From positions 224,001-288,000 of the forward strand of contig OY759353.1 of the NCBI GenBank assembly GCA_963662315.1: a DNA stretch of 64,000 bases, in the 5' to 3' direction. Positions 1 through 9,701 of the stretch are shown here, one piece after another. Every line of letters starts with the position of its first letter. Positions within the stretch are counted from its first letter, which is position 1. Under the pieces are notes generated by a model. It had not been told where the DNA came from and ran no database searches. It saw nothing but the letters and a program-made list of their open reading frames with translations. A program made the position numbers and the translations under genes. Source of the stretch: Geopsychrobacteraceae bacterium. GTDB taxonomy: Bacteria; Desulfobacterota; Desulfuromonadia; Desulfuromonadales; Geopsychrobacteraceae.

Positions 1-1004
1 TGAAGGTAGGTAAAAATCCGCGGCAAAGCGCCATCAACCGCCATGCCGTAAAGAATGCGTGGCAATCCCGCCATCAACGTGTTGATGGTAGCTGCACCGG
101 CAAACAAAAAACCGATTCCGATCCAGATTTTACCAAATGGTCCCATCACTTGATTAGCAAACATCGGAATAGCGTTAGGCGTCTCAAGGAGGTGAACAGT
201 TCCTTGTGGGTCGAGGGGAATATTGATGACCTGCCGGCTGACGGCGGTACCGTAAATAAGCATACAGACACATACTCCAGATAAACCAATAAACATGGCT
301 TTAGGAATATTGCGTGCGGAATCCTTCAGCTCAGGGGCCAAAGGGGTAACGAATTCGGCCCCGACAAACATGAACATCGCCATGCCGACAAAGGACAGCA
401 TGGTATTTAAGTCTGAGCCGACCATGGATGCCCCGAAGATTCCTTCAAGGGGTACTAATGGCGCTTTGATCAGACCGCAGATGCCAAAAATCAGCAGGGT
501 ACTAAACATCCCAAAGGTCAAAATGACCTCGGCCTTACTGAAAACGCTGATACCAAAAAAATTCAGAATAGCGAAAATGATGACGAGTCCGACTCCAACC
601 AGCCACTCGGTTCCTGTCGCTTCCAAGGTATTGTGTAAGGCTTCAAAATTGACCGTAGCCATAATACCGCTGAGGATCGTTTCTGCCGTACCGGCAAAGG
701 CATGCACCAGGACATAAGCAGTGATGGTCCCGGTAATTCCAAAAAAGCGCCCTAAACCGCAGGAAATATAATCGTAAACTGAGCCGGACGTAGGGATGAT
801 GGCGGCCGCTTCCGAAAAGGTCATCGCTTGGCACAGTAGCATTACCAGGGCGATAAGCACCGCGACAACAAAGGTTGAACCACCAAGACTGAAACCGGTG
901 GTCACGGTCAGGATAACCGGGCTGGCCATGATCAGACCAACGGTACTAGCGAGGGCTGTGGGAAAACCGACAACCCCACTTTCAAGATGTTTTTTCAGAT
1001 CCAT
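1..1004 (-). CDS. APC-family amino acid/amine permease (3' end runs off the window)
   Basis: Not in the ORF track. Hand translation from ATG at 1004 (AAGGAG upstream) gives MDLKKHLESGVVGFPTALASTVGLIMASPVILT...FSEAAAIIPTSGSVYDYISCGLGRFFG, the APC signature region, with multiple hydrophobic segments. Confidence 0.85.
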   Translation of the reverse strand, partial: MDLKKHLESGVVGFPTALASTVGLIMASPVILTVTTGFSLGGSTFVVAVLIALVMLLCQAMTFSEAAAIIPTSGSVYDYISCGLGRFFGITGTITAYVLVHAFAGTAETILSGIMATVNFEALHNTLEATGTEWLVGVGLVIIFAILNFFGISVFSKAEVILTFGMFSTLLIFGICGLIKAPLVPLEGIFGASMVGSDLNTMLSFVGMAMFMFVGAEFVTPLAPELKDSARNIPKAMFIGLSGVCVCMLIYGTAVSRQVINIPLDPQGTVHLLETPNAIPMFANQVMGPFGKIWIGIGFLFAGAATINTLMAGLPRILYGMAVDGALPRIFTYL

Positions 1005-1458
1005 ACTCTGCTCCTTAATGGTGAATAAGATCAAATTCATGTTTCTTGACTTACCGCACCTTTGCGGAGCAACTGCAGTCCATATCGTTGACGCAGCATT
1101 ATTCTGTTTTTTGTAATGACCCAAAAATTACTCGTGCTCGGGTCATAATAAGGATTCTGGTCCTTGAATCCCGTTTTTACTCGGCCATTGAAATACGGAG
1201 ATGAAGATTGAGTATTGGAAAAAACGGAACAGTGACTTGGTGGACGCAAAAAAGGGATGTTTTAGATGGATGTGTACTTGTATGCTTTTGTTTAAAAAAT
1301 AGGCACGATAAGGACAAATCATATGCATAAAATGATTACCTACTAAGCAGTGATGACTGGTTTTTCATGAAACTCCAATAGAATCAGAAGGTTGCCTGAT
1401 ATGCTGAAAATAGGCATAAAACTTGCCTATCTATCCGGGCAAGAGATGGAGACATTAT

Positions 1459-2256
1459 ATGGGCAATGTAAAAAATTATCGACCAGCACAGCCATTTTTT
1501 GAGCTGACAACAAAAAATTACGTGTCGCGACTGTCAGCAAGGCAACAACAACTCGCTCAGTACTATAGCTTTGTTATCTCTCCTGAATCGAAGGAATCTA
1601 TCGTTGCTGTCCCCGATGGTAGCATCGACATCGTCTTCCACTGCTCTTCGTCTAAACCCCAGGCTTTGATCTGCGGCTCAGTCAAAAAAGGTAAAAGGAT
1701 CGAGTTTGCCAAAGGTGACCTTTATTTCGGAGCACGTTTTTATCCGGGTATGGCTAATCAGTTGTTGGGGTGTCCGATGGATCAATTTACCGAAAAGGAA
1801 ATAATCCTGAGCGATGTTCAAAAAAAGGCTGATGGGTTAGCTGAAAGGATCTGCTCTGCTAATTCTTTTGACGAAAGGGTGCAGCTCTTCGAACAATTTC
1901 ATCGTAACAGTGAAGAACAGCTTTCTTCTTCAGCATTAGTCAGTTTTATCCTGAAGAAAATCAATGAATGCAATGGAGACATCCGCATTCAAGAGCTAGA
2001 GGAAGAGACCGGCTATTCAACTCGCTATATCAATAGTTGTTTCAAAAAACATGTTGGTATTGCACCGAAACTGTTTTTACGGATTGTGCGCTTTCAACGT
2101 TGTTTCAACAGATTGCGTTCTCAAACGCACAATTTAAACTTTGCGGATTTGGCTCTTGATGCGGGATACTACGACCAGGCTCATTTTATCAACGAATTTA
2201 AAGAATTTTCCCTCTATACGCCAACACAGGCTCATAGTGTGGCCCTTTCTCAGTGA
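1459..2256 (+). CDS. AraC-family transcriptional regulator
   Basis: N-terminal VPDGSIDIVF motif and C-terminal double HTH (LALDAGYYDQAHFINEFK). Divergent from the permease. Start placed at ATG 1459 after GGAG; the ORF opens at 1423. Confidence 0.9.
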   Translation: MGNVKNYRPAQPFFELTTKNYVSRLSARQQQLAQYYSFVISPESKESIVAVPDGSIDIVFHCSSSKPQALICGSVKKGKRIEFAKGDLYFGARFYPGMANQLLGCPMDQFTEKEIILSDVQKKADGLAERICSANSFDERVQLFEQFHRNSEEQLSSSALVSFILKKINECNGDIRIQELEEETGYSTRYINSCFKKHVGIAPKLFLRIVRFQRCFNRLRSQTHNLNFADLALDAGYYDQAHFINEFKEFSLYTPTQAHSVALSQ

Positions 2257-2613
2257 TTTTGTTTTCTCTATAAAAATGATTATGCAGTGTTCAAAACAAG
2301 TCAGCGGTTTTGCTTGTCTGTGGCCCCCGTGTCAGGATTCGCCTGGACCTTGATCGTGTTTATCTGCCCAAGCCAGAGTATGGGATTGAGTGTCTGATTA
2401 GCGGTAGTGGTGCACGATGAAGAGCGCAAGATGCAGAGGTATTTAACGTTGAAGATGAATCTTGCGTCAATCGCCTCGAAACCTGCCTGTCGTTTTTTTT
2501 GCGATGGCTGGTCTGCAAGCAGAGTGCTTGCGGAAGCAGTATGGTTCAGTGTATGAATACTTAACGATTATTTTTTATTAAGCGACGACAACCTCAAAAA
2601 ACGGTGCTACGAA

Positions 2614-3447
2614 ATGAGCGAAGTGAAGGATCTGAGCCAGAAAAAGGTATTTATCATTTCAGACGGAATTGGGCAGAGTGCGCTCAATGTGATCAAGGCC
2701 AGTCTGATTCAGTTTGATGTACCCACCTCGGTGATGCGGGTGTTCTCGCGCATGGACAATATCGACCGCATCAAAATTATCCTTGATCAGGCCCGGGAGG
2801 CCGATGCTTTTGTTGCCTTTACCATTGTCAAGCATGAGATTCGTGATCAGGTGCGGGATATCTGTCGTGAAATGGGGTTGATGTATCATGATATCCTTGG
2901 CCCGCCGATTGACAAGTTGTCGAAATATTTAGATCTTGTCCCAAAAGAGAGTGCCAACCTGCTGCGTCAGGTCGACAGTAAATATTTTGAACGGATTGAC
3001 GCCATTGAATTTACCATGAAGTACGACGATGGCCAGGATGTAAACAAGATATTTGAGGCTGATATTATCATTCTGGGCCTGTCAAGAACGTCTAAAACGC
3101 CAACTTCATACATGCTGGCTCAGCTGGGTTATAAAGTCGTTAATATCCCCCTGATGCTGGAAGTCCCCATCCCTGACGAAGTTTTCCTGGCCGATCCGAA
3201 TCGGGTTGTCTGTCTGATTATGGATTCTGAGGTCCTGCAGAAGATCCGCAATGCACGGGTCAAGCATTATCAGACCCAGAATAGTACCTATACTGATTTA
3301 AGACATATCTTCAACGAGATGGAAATGGTTCATGAACTGGTTAAAAAAAATAAAAAGTGGCATGTTGTTGATACGACCAACAAATCGGTAGAAGAAACGG
3401 CCAGGCAAATTCTTAATATGGTTTTTGGCCAGTCTCACGAAATTTAA
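2614..3447 (+). CDS. ppsR: Pyruvate,phosphate dikinase / PEP synthase regulatory kinase-pyrophosphorylase (DUF299 family)
   Basis: IISDGIGQSA, YFERIDAIEFTMKYDDG and GLSRTSKTPTSY motifs. Confidence 0.9.
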   Translation: MSEVKDLSQKKVFIISDGIGQSALNVIKASLIQFDVPTSVMRVFSRMDNIDRIKIILDQAREADAFVAFTIVKHEIRDQVRDICREMGLMYHDILGPPIDKLSKYLDLVPKESANLLRQVDSKYFERIDAIEFTMKYDDGQDVNKIFEADIIILGLSRTSKTPTSYMLAQLGYKVVNIPLMLEVPIPDEVFLADPNRVVCLIMDSEVLQKIRNARVKHYQTQNSTYTDLRHIFNEMEMVHELVKKNKKWHVVDTTNKSVEETARQILNMVFGQSHEI

Positions 3448-3761
3448 GCCGTCTCGAACTTCTCGCTCCTTATGGTTGGAAGGCTCAATATGTTTTGAAT
3501 CAGTTTCTCCGGCGGGTTGCCAGATTTTCTGCATATTGTAAAACCGGTTTCCCTGGGTCGTATCGCTGTTCCAGCCATAAATTTTTTGACTACTGATGGT
3601 CGCTTGAATAATTCACTACTTTTCGTACACTTAAATGATATGCTTTAGCATTAGAAAGAGTAAAAATGGTGTCCTGAATTTTCTCAATTAATGACCATCC
3701 TCTCTACCTGTCAACAGGCAGGGATGGCGGTTTTTTGAGTCGCAGTGCCAGGAGAATCGCT

Positions 3762-4733
3762 ATGCAACTTCGTCTGATGGGGTTGGTTGTTCTTACTCTG
3801 CTTGTAACCTGTTCCTGTGTTTTCGCATCGGCTGGACAGAACCAGAACCATAAAATTCTCTACGTCGATTCTTATGATGGGGCCTACCCGTGGAGTAACG
3901 GTATTTTCAGAGGGATTCAGGCTGTCCTGGCCGATTTCTCTGATGTTGAGTTGAGATCGTTTCACATGGATACCAAGCGCAAACCTTCCGAAGCCTGGAA
4001 AAAGGAGGTTGCCCGGCAGGCTAGAGACCTTATTGAAGAATGGCAGCCCGAGGTTGTTATCGCTTCTGATGACAACGCCTCCAAGTATTTGATTGTCCCT
4101 TATTATCTGAATAAACGGCTCCCCTTTGTTTTCTGTGGGGTTAACTGGAGCGCAACGGAGTATGGCTTTCCTGCTGCCAATGTGACCGGAATGGTGGAAG
4201 TGCAGCTTATTGATCAGTTGTTGAAACAGTTAAGGATCTACTCGGCTGGTGAGCGCATCGCTTTTATCAAAGGGGATGATCTTTCCGCCAGAAAAGAAGC
4301 GAGCTTTTATGAAGAACGATTTCACCTGAAACTGAAAAAGGTCTTTGTCAAAGACTTTAACGAGTGGCAACAGGAATATCGAAACTTGCAGCAGGATGCT
4401 GATATGATTCTTCTGGGCAACAGCAGCTCAATTGCGGGTTGGGACGCCGATACGGCATATCGCTTTATTCTGGAAAATACCCAGGTACCAAGCGGTAACT
4501 GGGATGACTGGATGGCCCGGTATAGTCTCATCACCCTTGCAAACCGGCCGGAAGAGCAGGGGGAATGGGCAGCACGGACAGCTATGAAGATTGTGGCAGG
4601 CACAGCGCCTGCGGATATTTCGCTGACGACCAATAAAAGAGCGCGGATTATACTGAACATGGAACTGGCCAGGCGGTTGAAGATCAAATTCCCCATCGAT
4701 CTTATTGAGCGTGCAACCTTTACTTCTGAGTGA
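3762..4733 (+). CDS. Periplasmic solute-binding protein (ABC-type binding fold)
   Basis: Signal peptide, ILYVDSY, VIASDDNA, PFVFCGVN, NVTGMVE and EEQGEWAA motifs. Directly upstream of a kinase. Confidence 0.75.
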   Translation: MQLRLMGLVVLTLLVTCSCVFASAGQNQNHKILYVDSYDGAYPWSNGIFRGIQAVLADFSDVELRSFHMDTKRKPSEAWKKEVARQARDLIEEWQPEVVIASDDNASKYLIVPYYLNKRLPFVFCGVNWSATEYGFPAANVTGMVEVQLIDQLLKQLRIYSAGERIAFIKGDDLSARKEASFYEERFHLKLKKVFVKDFNEWQQEYRNLQQDADMILLGNSSSIAGWDADTAYRFILENTQVPSGNWDDWMARYSLITLANRPEEQGEWAARTAMKIVAGTAPADISLTTNKRARIILNMELARRLKIKFPIDLIERATFTSE

Positions 4734-4740
4734 GCTGATA

Positions 4741-7041
4741 ATGCAGATCAACTCAATGCAGGTGAAACTGCCATTGCTGATATTTTTCAGTTTTATGCTG
4801 ACCACGATTCTGGTCATTTTGATCGTTGAGCATAATATGTCTACGGTTATTACCCGCAGTCAGACCAGCGAATATGGGGAAAAGATAGAGATCATTCTGC
4901 GGGCTATTGATAATAAGTACGAGCGTCTACAAAAAACCGGAATGGTCGCTATTTACGAAGAGGATTTTCAGCAGTCGACATTGCGTCAGTTGCGCAGTTC
5001 CTACCGTCAATTTGCTAAATCGGGAGCGACGGTCTTCATCATGAATTCTGATGGTGAGCTGCTGTTACCTGCAAATGCCACATCCTTTCCGGTGGCGCCT
5101 GAAACACTGGCTGCTCAATTGCAGACTGGGGAAGCGGGTAGTGTTGATCTTCTGCAACAGGATGGGCAGCGGATTTGGTGCCATTTTCAAACCTTTGCCC
5201 CTTGGCGCTGGAAAGTAGGGTACCTGATTCCAGATGTTGTCCGAAATCAGATCATCTATCAACTCACCCATGCTTTAGTCGTTGTCTGCGGCTCGATCAC
5301 CCTTGTGGTTGTCTGTATTTTACTCTGGCTGATCAGGCGTCAGCTGTATCCCATCAGACAACTGACAGATATTTCTGCCGAGATGGCCCGGGGAAACCTG
5401 GATAAAAAAATTCACGTTGAACGCCATGACGAAATCGGTCATTTGGCAGATCATTTCAATCAAATGCAGGCGGCTATTGTCGATACAATTGAGTCGCTTA
5501 AGAGCAATGAAAAGAATCTGCAGACAATTCTTAATTCCATTGGCGATGCGGTCATTGCCACTGATGAGAATCACCATATTGTCCATTTCAATCCGGTCGC
5601 AGAGGCGTTGACCGGTTGGTCTAAAGCAGAAGCTATCGACCAACCGCTGGAGAATGTTCTGGTGATCGTCGATCCGAAAACGCACCAGTCCCTGCTGTCC
5701 ACCATTCGTGAAATCGGGACTTCTCCTCATAACATTGAGAAGGATGTGTTGGTTGTTTCGCGAGATCATCAGGAACGGCTGGTGGCCGACTCGGTGGCTC
5801 CAATCCATTTCGAGGGCGAACGGGTGACTGGAGCTGTCTGGGTATTTCGTGACGTTACCGAGGAAAGGGCGCTGCAGGAACAACTGTTTCAGAATCGCAA
5901 AATGGAAACCATCGGTCAGTTAGCAGGTGGGGTTGCCCATGATTTCAATAATATGATTGGTGGAATTTTGGGGGCGGCCGAGCTGCTTAAGATGCGACCG
6001 AGCAGCCAGCAGTCTGAAAAATACGTGGATATGATTATCAGCGCCGGTGAAAGGGCTGCAGGACTGACCTCGAAACTATTAGCTTTTGCCCGTAAACAGA
6101 ATATCAGCTCAACTCCTGTCGATGCCGATCTGTCTTTGCGCAGCGCCCTGGAATTGCTGGAACGGACGATTGATCCTCGGATTCGGATTGTACGCCAGAT
6201 CCATACGGCATCGAGCCGGGTCATCGGAGATTTTACCCAGCTGGAAAATGTTTTTCTCAACCTGCTGATTAATGCCGCCCAAGCCATGCCTGCCGGTGGT
6301 GACCTGACAGTGACAACCAGGGTTACTGAGCTTGACAGTCAATACTGCCGTGCGAGCTCTTTTCCTATTGAACCAGGCACTTTCCTTGAGGTCGAAATCC
6401 GTGATACCGGGTGTGGCATCGCTCGCGAAAATATGCCTCATATATTTGAGCCCTTTTTTACCACGAAACCGCAGGGCAGCGGCACCGGACTTGGCCTGGC
6501 AGAGGTGTTGGGAACCGTTCAATCTCATATGGGTGAGGTTTCGGTCAACAGTGATCCCGGTGTGGGGACCGTATTTACTGTTTTCCTGCCGATTTCCCAA
6601 GTATCGATAACATCCAAGCCCTCCGTGCTCAAACCGTTGTCGGGGGCAGGTAAAATTCTGGTTGTTGATGATGAAGGGGTGATGCGGGTTACCGCCACTG
6701 CGATTCTCATTGAATTGGGCTACCAGGTGTTATCCGCAGATAACGGTAAAGCTGCCATTGAGCTGTTTCGTGATCATCATGAGGACATTGACCTCGTTCT
6801 GCTTGATATGATCATGCCGGAAATGAGTGGGCGTGACTGTTTCTACCAAATGAAACAGATTCAACCTGATGTCCGTATTGTTCTGTCCTCGGGTTTTACC
6901 CGAAGAGAAGAAATTGCAGATCTGCGCGCCAACCAGCTGACCGGATTTATCCGTAAGCCGTATCGGGCTGCCATTTTAAGTCAGGTGGTTGCGGTAGCCT
7001 TGACCGGTAATCTGGGCGAAGATATTTTGTGGGACTCTTGA
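4741..7041 (+). CDS. Hybrid sensor histidine kinase (TM-HAMP-PAS-HisKA-HATPase-REC)
   Basis: HAMP (HDEIGHLADHFN), PAS (SIGDAVIATD), H-box GGVAHDFNN, FEPFFTTK, GTGLGL, receiver LVVDDE...LLDMIMP. Confidence 0.93.
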   Translation: MQINSMQVKLPLLIFFSFMLTTILVILIVEHNMSTVITRSQTSEYGEKIEIILRAIDNKYERLQKTGMVAIYEEDFQQSTLRQLRSSYRQFAKSGATVFIMNSDGELLLPANATSFPVAPETLAAQLQTGEAGSVDLLQQDGQRIWCHFQTFAPWRWKVGYLIPDVVRNQIIYQLTHALVVVCGSITLVVVCILLWLIRRQLYPIRQLTDISAEMARGNLDKKIHVERHDEIGHLADHFNQMQAAIVDTIESLKSNEKNLQTILNSIGDAVIATDENHHIVHFNPVAEALTGWSKAEAIDQPLENVLVIVDPKTHQSLLSTIREIGTSPHNIEKDVLVVSRDHQERLVADSVAPIHFEGERVTGAVWVFRDVTEERALQEQLFQNRKMETIGQLAGGVAHDFNNMIGGILGAAELLKMRPSSQQSEKYVDMIISAGERAAGLTSKLLAFARKQNISSTPVDADLSLRSALELLERTIDPRIRIVRQIHTASSRVIGDFTQLENVFLNLLINAAQAMPAGGDLTVTTRVTELDSQYCRASSFPIEPGTFLEVEIRDTGCGIARENMPHIFEPFFTTKPQGSGTGLGLAEVLGTVQSHMGEVSVNSDPGVGTVFTVFLPISQVSITSKPSVLKPLSGAGKILVVDDEGVMRVTATAILIELGYQVLSADNGKAAIELFRDHHEDIDLVLLDMIMPEMSGRDCFYQMKQIQPDVRIVLSSGFTRREEIADLRANQLTGFIRKPYRAAILSQVVAVALTGNLGEDILWDS

Positions 7042-7295
7042 ACGCGTTACTCGTCCTTTAAATCCATCCCCCCATGAATAGGCGGAATCTGACCTGCCAG
7101 GCAGTGAAGCTTATTAAGCAGTGCCCAAAAGTAACCAATTTTTGATTCAAATTCCATGAGATAGATGCGTAAGAGATTTTTGACCGGAGATCTGAAGTCA
7201 AGAGCATCTCTTATGCTGGATGCACTTAACTAGTAGTGCTGAATTGAAATTGTAAAGAGGGTTAAAGTCTAGGCTCCGGTTGATCCATTGCAGAA

Positions 7296-7335
7296 ATAAC
7301 CAAAAGTTATGGATTTAGCGAGAACATATATTAGC
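7296..7335 (+). promoter_or_regulatory. Operator-like motif copy 1 (LysR-type), upstream of the cyclase pair
   Basis: ATAAC-CAAAA-GTTAT-GGA...TATTAG; dyad fits the T-N11-A LysR box and recurs at 9421, 17591 and 20433. Confidence 0.7.
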
Positions 7336-7410
7336 TTATCGGTATCACCCTCTCTATATTCTGAGAAGAAAACAGAGATGTTAACAATGGAAAAAAGATG
7401 AAGAGAGGGA

Positions 7411-8220
7411 ATGCTTATGCGTACAGTATCCGATCCAGTCACTGGATTACAGTTTTTTGAACTCAGCCATCCTTGGGGGCATGGGGTGCCTTCTTATCCT
7501 GGCCAGGCAGATGTGATTATGCACCGTGCAGTAAAACATGCCCAGCATGGTGTTTTGGCGTGGAAAATCAACACCGTCATGCATACTGGTACCCACATGA
7601 ATGCTCCAATAAATCTGATTCAACGAGGAAAGGATCTCTCTGAGATTCCTGAGGATCGTTTCTTCGGGAATGGAGTTATTTTGAGCATACCAAAAGGATC
7701 TTATGAGGTTATTACTGCAGAAGATCTCAATGCGGCAACGCCGGGGATCCGAAAGGGTGATTTCGTCGTTATCGTTACTGGATGGCACCATAAATATTCA
7801 GATTCTCTCGAATATTTTGGTGAAAGCCCTGGACTTTCTAAGGCTGCGGCAGAGTATCTGGTCGAAATGGAATGTAAGGTTGTTGCCGTTGATACCCAAC
7901 AGATTGACCACCCTCTGGCGACCTCTCTTGGCCCTCACCGCGGTGGTCCGACCATGAAGCGTCTGGCACATTCCTACACTGAAGCGACCGGTATGGACCC
8001 TAAAGTGGAGCATGGTGAGTGGAACGCTGCACACAAAGTCCTTCTTGGTGCTGAAATCCCGACTATCGAACAAGTTGGTGGTGATGTTGATCAGCTGCTT
8101 GGCAAAAGAGCGACCTTTATCGCAGCCCCATGGAAATTCAAAAAAGGGGATGCTTGTCCTGTCCGCTTGGTTGCAATGGTTGATCCTACGGGCACCTGCC
8201 GTATTGATCCCGGTAAATAA
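7411..8220 (+). CDS. Cyclase-family (kynurenine formamidase-like) protein with degenerate metal motif
   Basis: HTGTHMNAPIN in place of HxGTHxDxPxH; FELSHPW start and ACPVRLVA end typical of the family. Confidence 0.85.
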   Translation: MLMRTVSDPVTGLQFFELSHPWGHGVPSYPGQADVIMHRAVKHAQHGVLAWKINTVMHTGTHMNAPINLIQRGKDLSEIPEDRFFGNGVILSIPKGSYEVITAEDLNAATPGIRKGDFVVIVTGWHHKYSDSLEYFGESPGLSKAAAEYLVEMECKVVAVDTQQIDHPLATSLGPHRGGPTMKRLAHSYTEATGMDPKVEHGEWNAAHKVLLGAEIPTIEQVGGDVDQLLGKRATFIAAPWKFKKGDACPVRLVAMVDPTGTCRIDPGK

Positions 8221-8244
8221 AATCACAATCTAAAGGGAAATAAA

Positions 8245-9024
8245 ATGAGCCTTGAAATATACAATTTAAGTCATACTTTTGAGCAGTTCATGCCGGAGTG
8301 GCCCTCTTCTCCGGGGGTTGACATTGATATTAACAAGTTTCACGCCAGGGATGGTGTCTATGAGGTGAAGTGGGAGGGTATTATGCACCGTGGTACCCAT
8401 ATGGATGCCCCACTGCATGTGACTGAAAACACGCCGGATATTACCGGATTTCCATTGTGGCAACTTTGTGGCACCGGAGTCGCAGTCTCTATACCCAAAG
8501 GGAAGTGGGGTGTCATTACGCCGGAAGACCTTGAAGCTGCACAACCTCAGATTCAGCCGGGTGACATCGTTATGATCAATACCGGATTTCATCATAAATG
8601 GGCTGATTGCGATGAGTATTTTGGTCATGGATGTGGTATCAGCGGGGCGGGGGCGCAGTGGCTGGTCGATAAAAAAGTTAAACTTGTTGGTTATGGACAT
8701 CAGGCTAACGACCACCCACTGGCGACCAAGCTGGTTGATCACGGCTTAGGCCCCACCCATCCTCATTTGATTGATGAGTACAAAGCTGAAACCGGACGTG
8801 ATGCGAAAGAGGATTTCCCGCTTTGGGAAGATGCGCACAAAAATCTAATGGTCGGTGGTGGTATTCCTGGTATTGAGAATATCGGTGGTGACCTTGATAA
8901 GGTTACCGGAAAACGGTGCTTTTTTGCGGCGTTCCCGTGGCGCTTTGTTGGTGGTGAGGGTTGTATCGTACGCGTTATCGCTATTGTAGATCCTGATCAG
9001 TCTTTCCGTTTCGAAGGTCTATGA
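8245..9024 (+). CDS. Cyclase-family metal-dependent hydrolase
   Basis: Intact HRGTHMDAPLH motif, GIENIGG, GCIVRVIA; paralogous to the upstream gene. Confidence 0.9.
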   Translation: MSLEIYNLSHTFEQFMPEWPSSPGVDIDINKFHARDGVYEVKWEGIMHRGTHMDAPLHVTENTPDITGFPLWQLCGTGVAVSIPKGKWGVITPEDLEAAQPQIQPGDIVMINTGFHHKWADCDEYFGHGCGISGAGAQWLVDKKVKLVGYGHQANDHPLATKLVDHGLGPTHPHLIDEYKAETGRDAKEDFPLWEDAHKNLMVGGGIPGIENIGGDLDKVTGKRCFFAAFPWRFVGGEGCIVRVIAIVDPDQSFRFEGL

Positions 9025-9061
9025 TTGCTTAAAAGCCCGTTGACAGTGAAAAAATTATAGT

Positions 9062-9086
9062 CAGATCGTGCTCCAAGCACGATCTG
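9062..9086 (+). terminator. Hairpin downstream of the cyclase pair
   Basis: CAGATCGTGCT-CCA-AGCACGATCTG perfect inverted repeat; no strong T tail. Confidence 0.5.
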
Positions 9087-9420
9087 GCCTGTTGAATATA
9101 TAACTTCCTAAAAACTATATAGTGCCTATTAAATAAATAGGTGCTTTTGTAACCTTTTTCCCCTTTTCTCTGGGAGCTTTTCTTGGCTGGGCATAGTTCG
9201 TAGTATTTGAAATATACCGGCCTTCTGGGATGTGTACAGTGTCACTGCAAGCCGTTTTCCCTTTCTGGAGAATCTCTCCTGTTCCTGATCAAGCATAAAT
9301 AATCGCCACTTTTTCTTGGCATGCCAGGCTCCATAAAATTCTATTATATTTTTACCCGAATTATCAATTTCTGTCTTAGTTATGGTGATAATACCATTTA
9401 AATCAAGTAGTTATTTTGCC

Positions 9421-9460
9421 ATAACTATAAGGCATGGAAAACAGGCAAATATGTATTGGT
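9421..9460 (+). promoter_or_regulatory. Operator-like motif copy 2 (degenerate), upstream of the porin operon
   Basis: ATAAC-TATAA-GGCAT-GGA...TATTGG with the same spacing as the other three copies. Confidence 0.55.
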
Positions 9461-9701
9461 CGGGTAATTTGCCTTTCTATATAGTCCGACAACAAGAAGA
9501 CAGAACTGTTTTCTACCTCGAGGTAAAAAGAAAGGCCTTACTTCATGCAAAAGTAGGGCAAGAGTCGCTAGGTCGGATTCTCCTTTGACCATGCTTCTGT
9601 GTTTGGCCGTTTTTGAGAGGCCAATTCTTTACATGGCGACAGAATGTGACCTTAAGAATGAATCCATTAGCCTTTTCCTTATAGACAAGGGAGACTTTAG
9701 G

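Noticed and set aside
295..1116. Plus-strand ORFs 295-717 and 796-1116
   Set aside because: Antisense shadows of the minus-strand APC permease.
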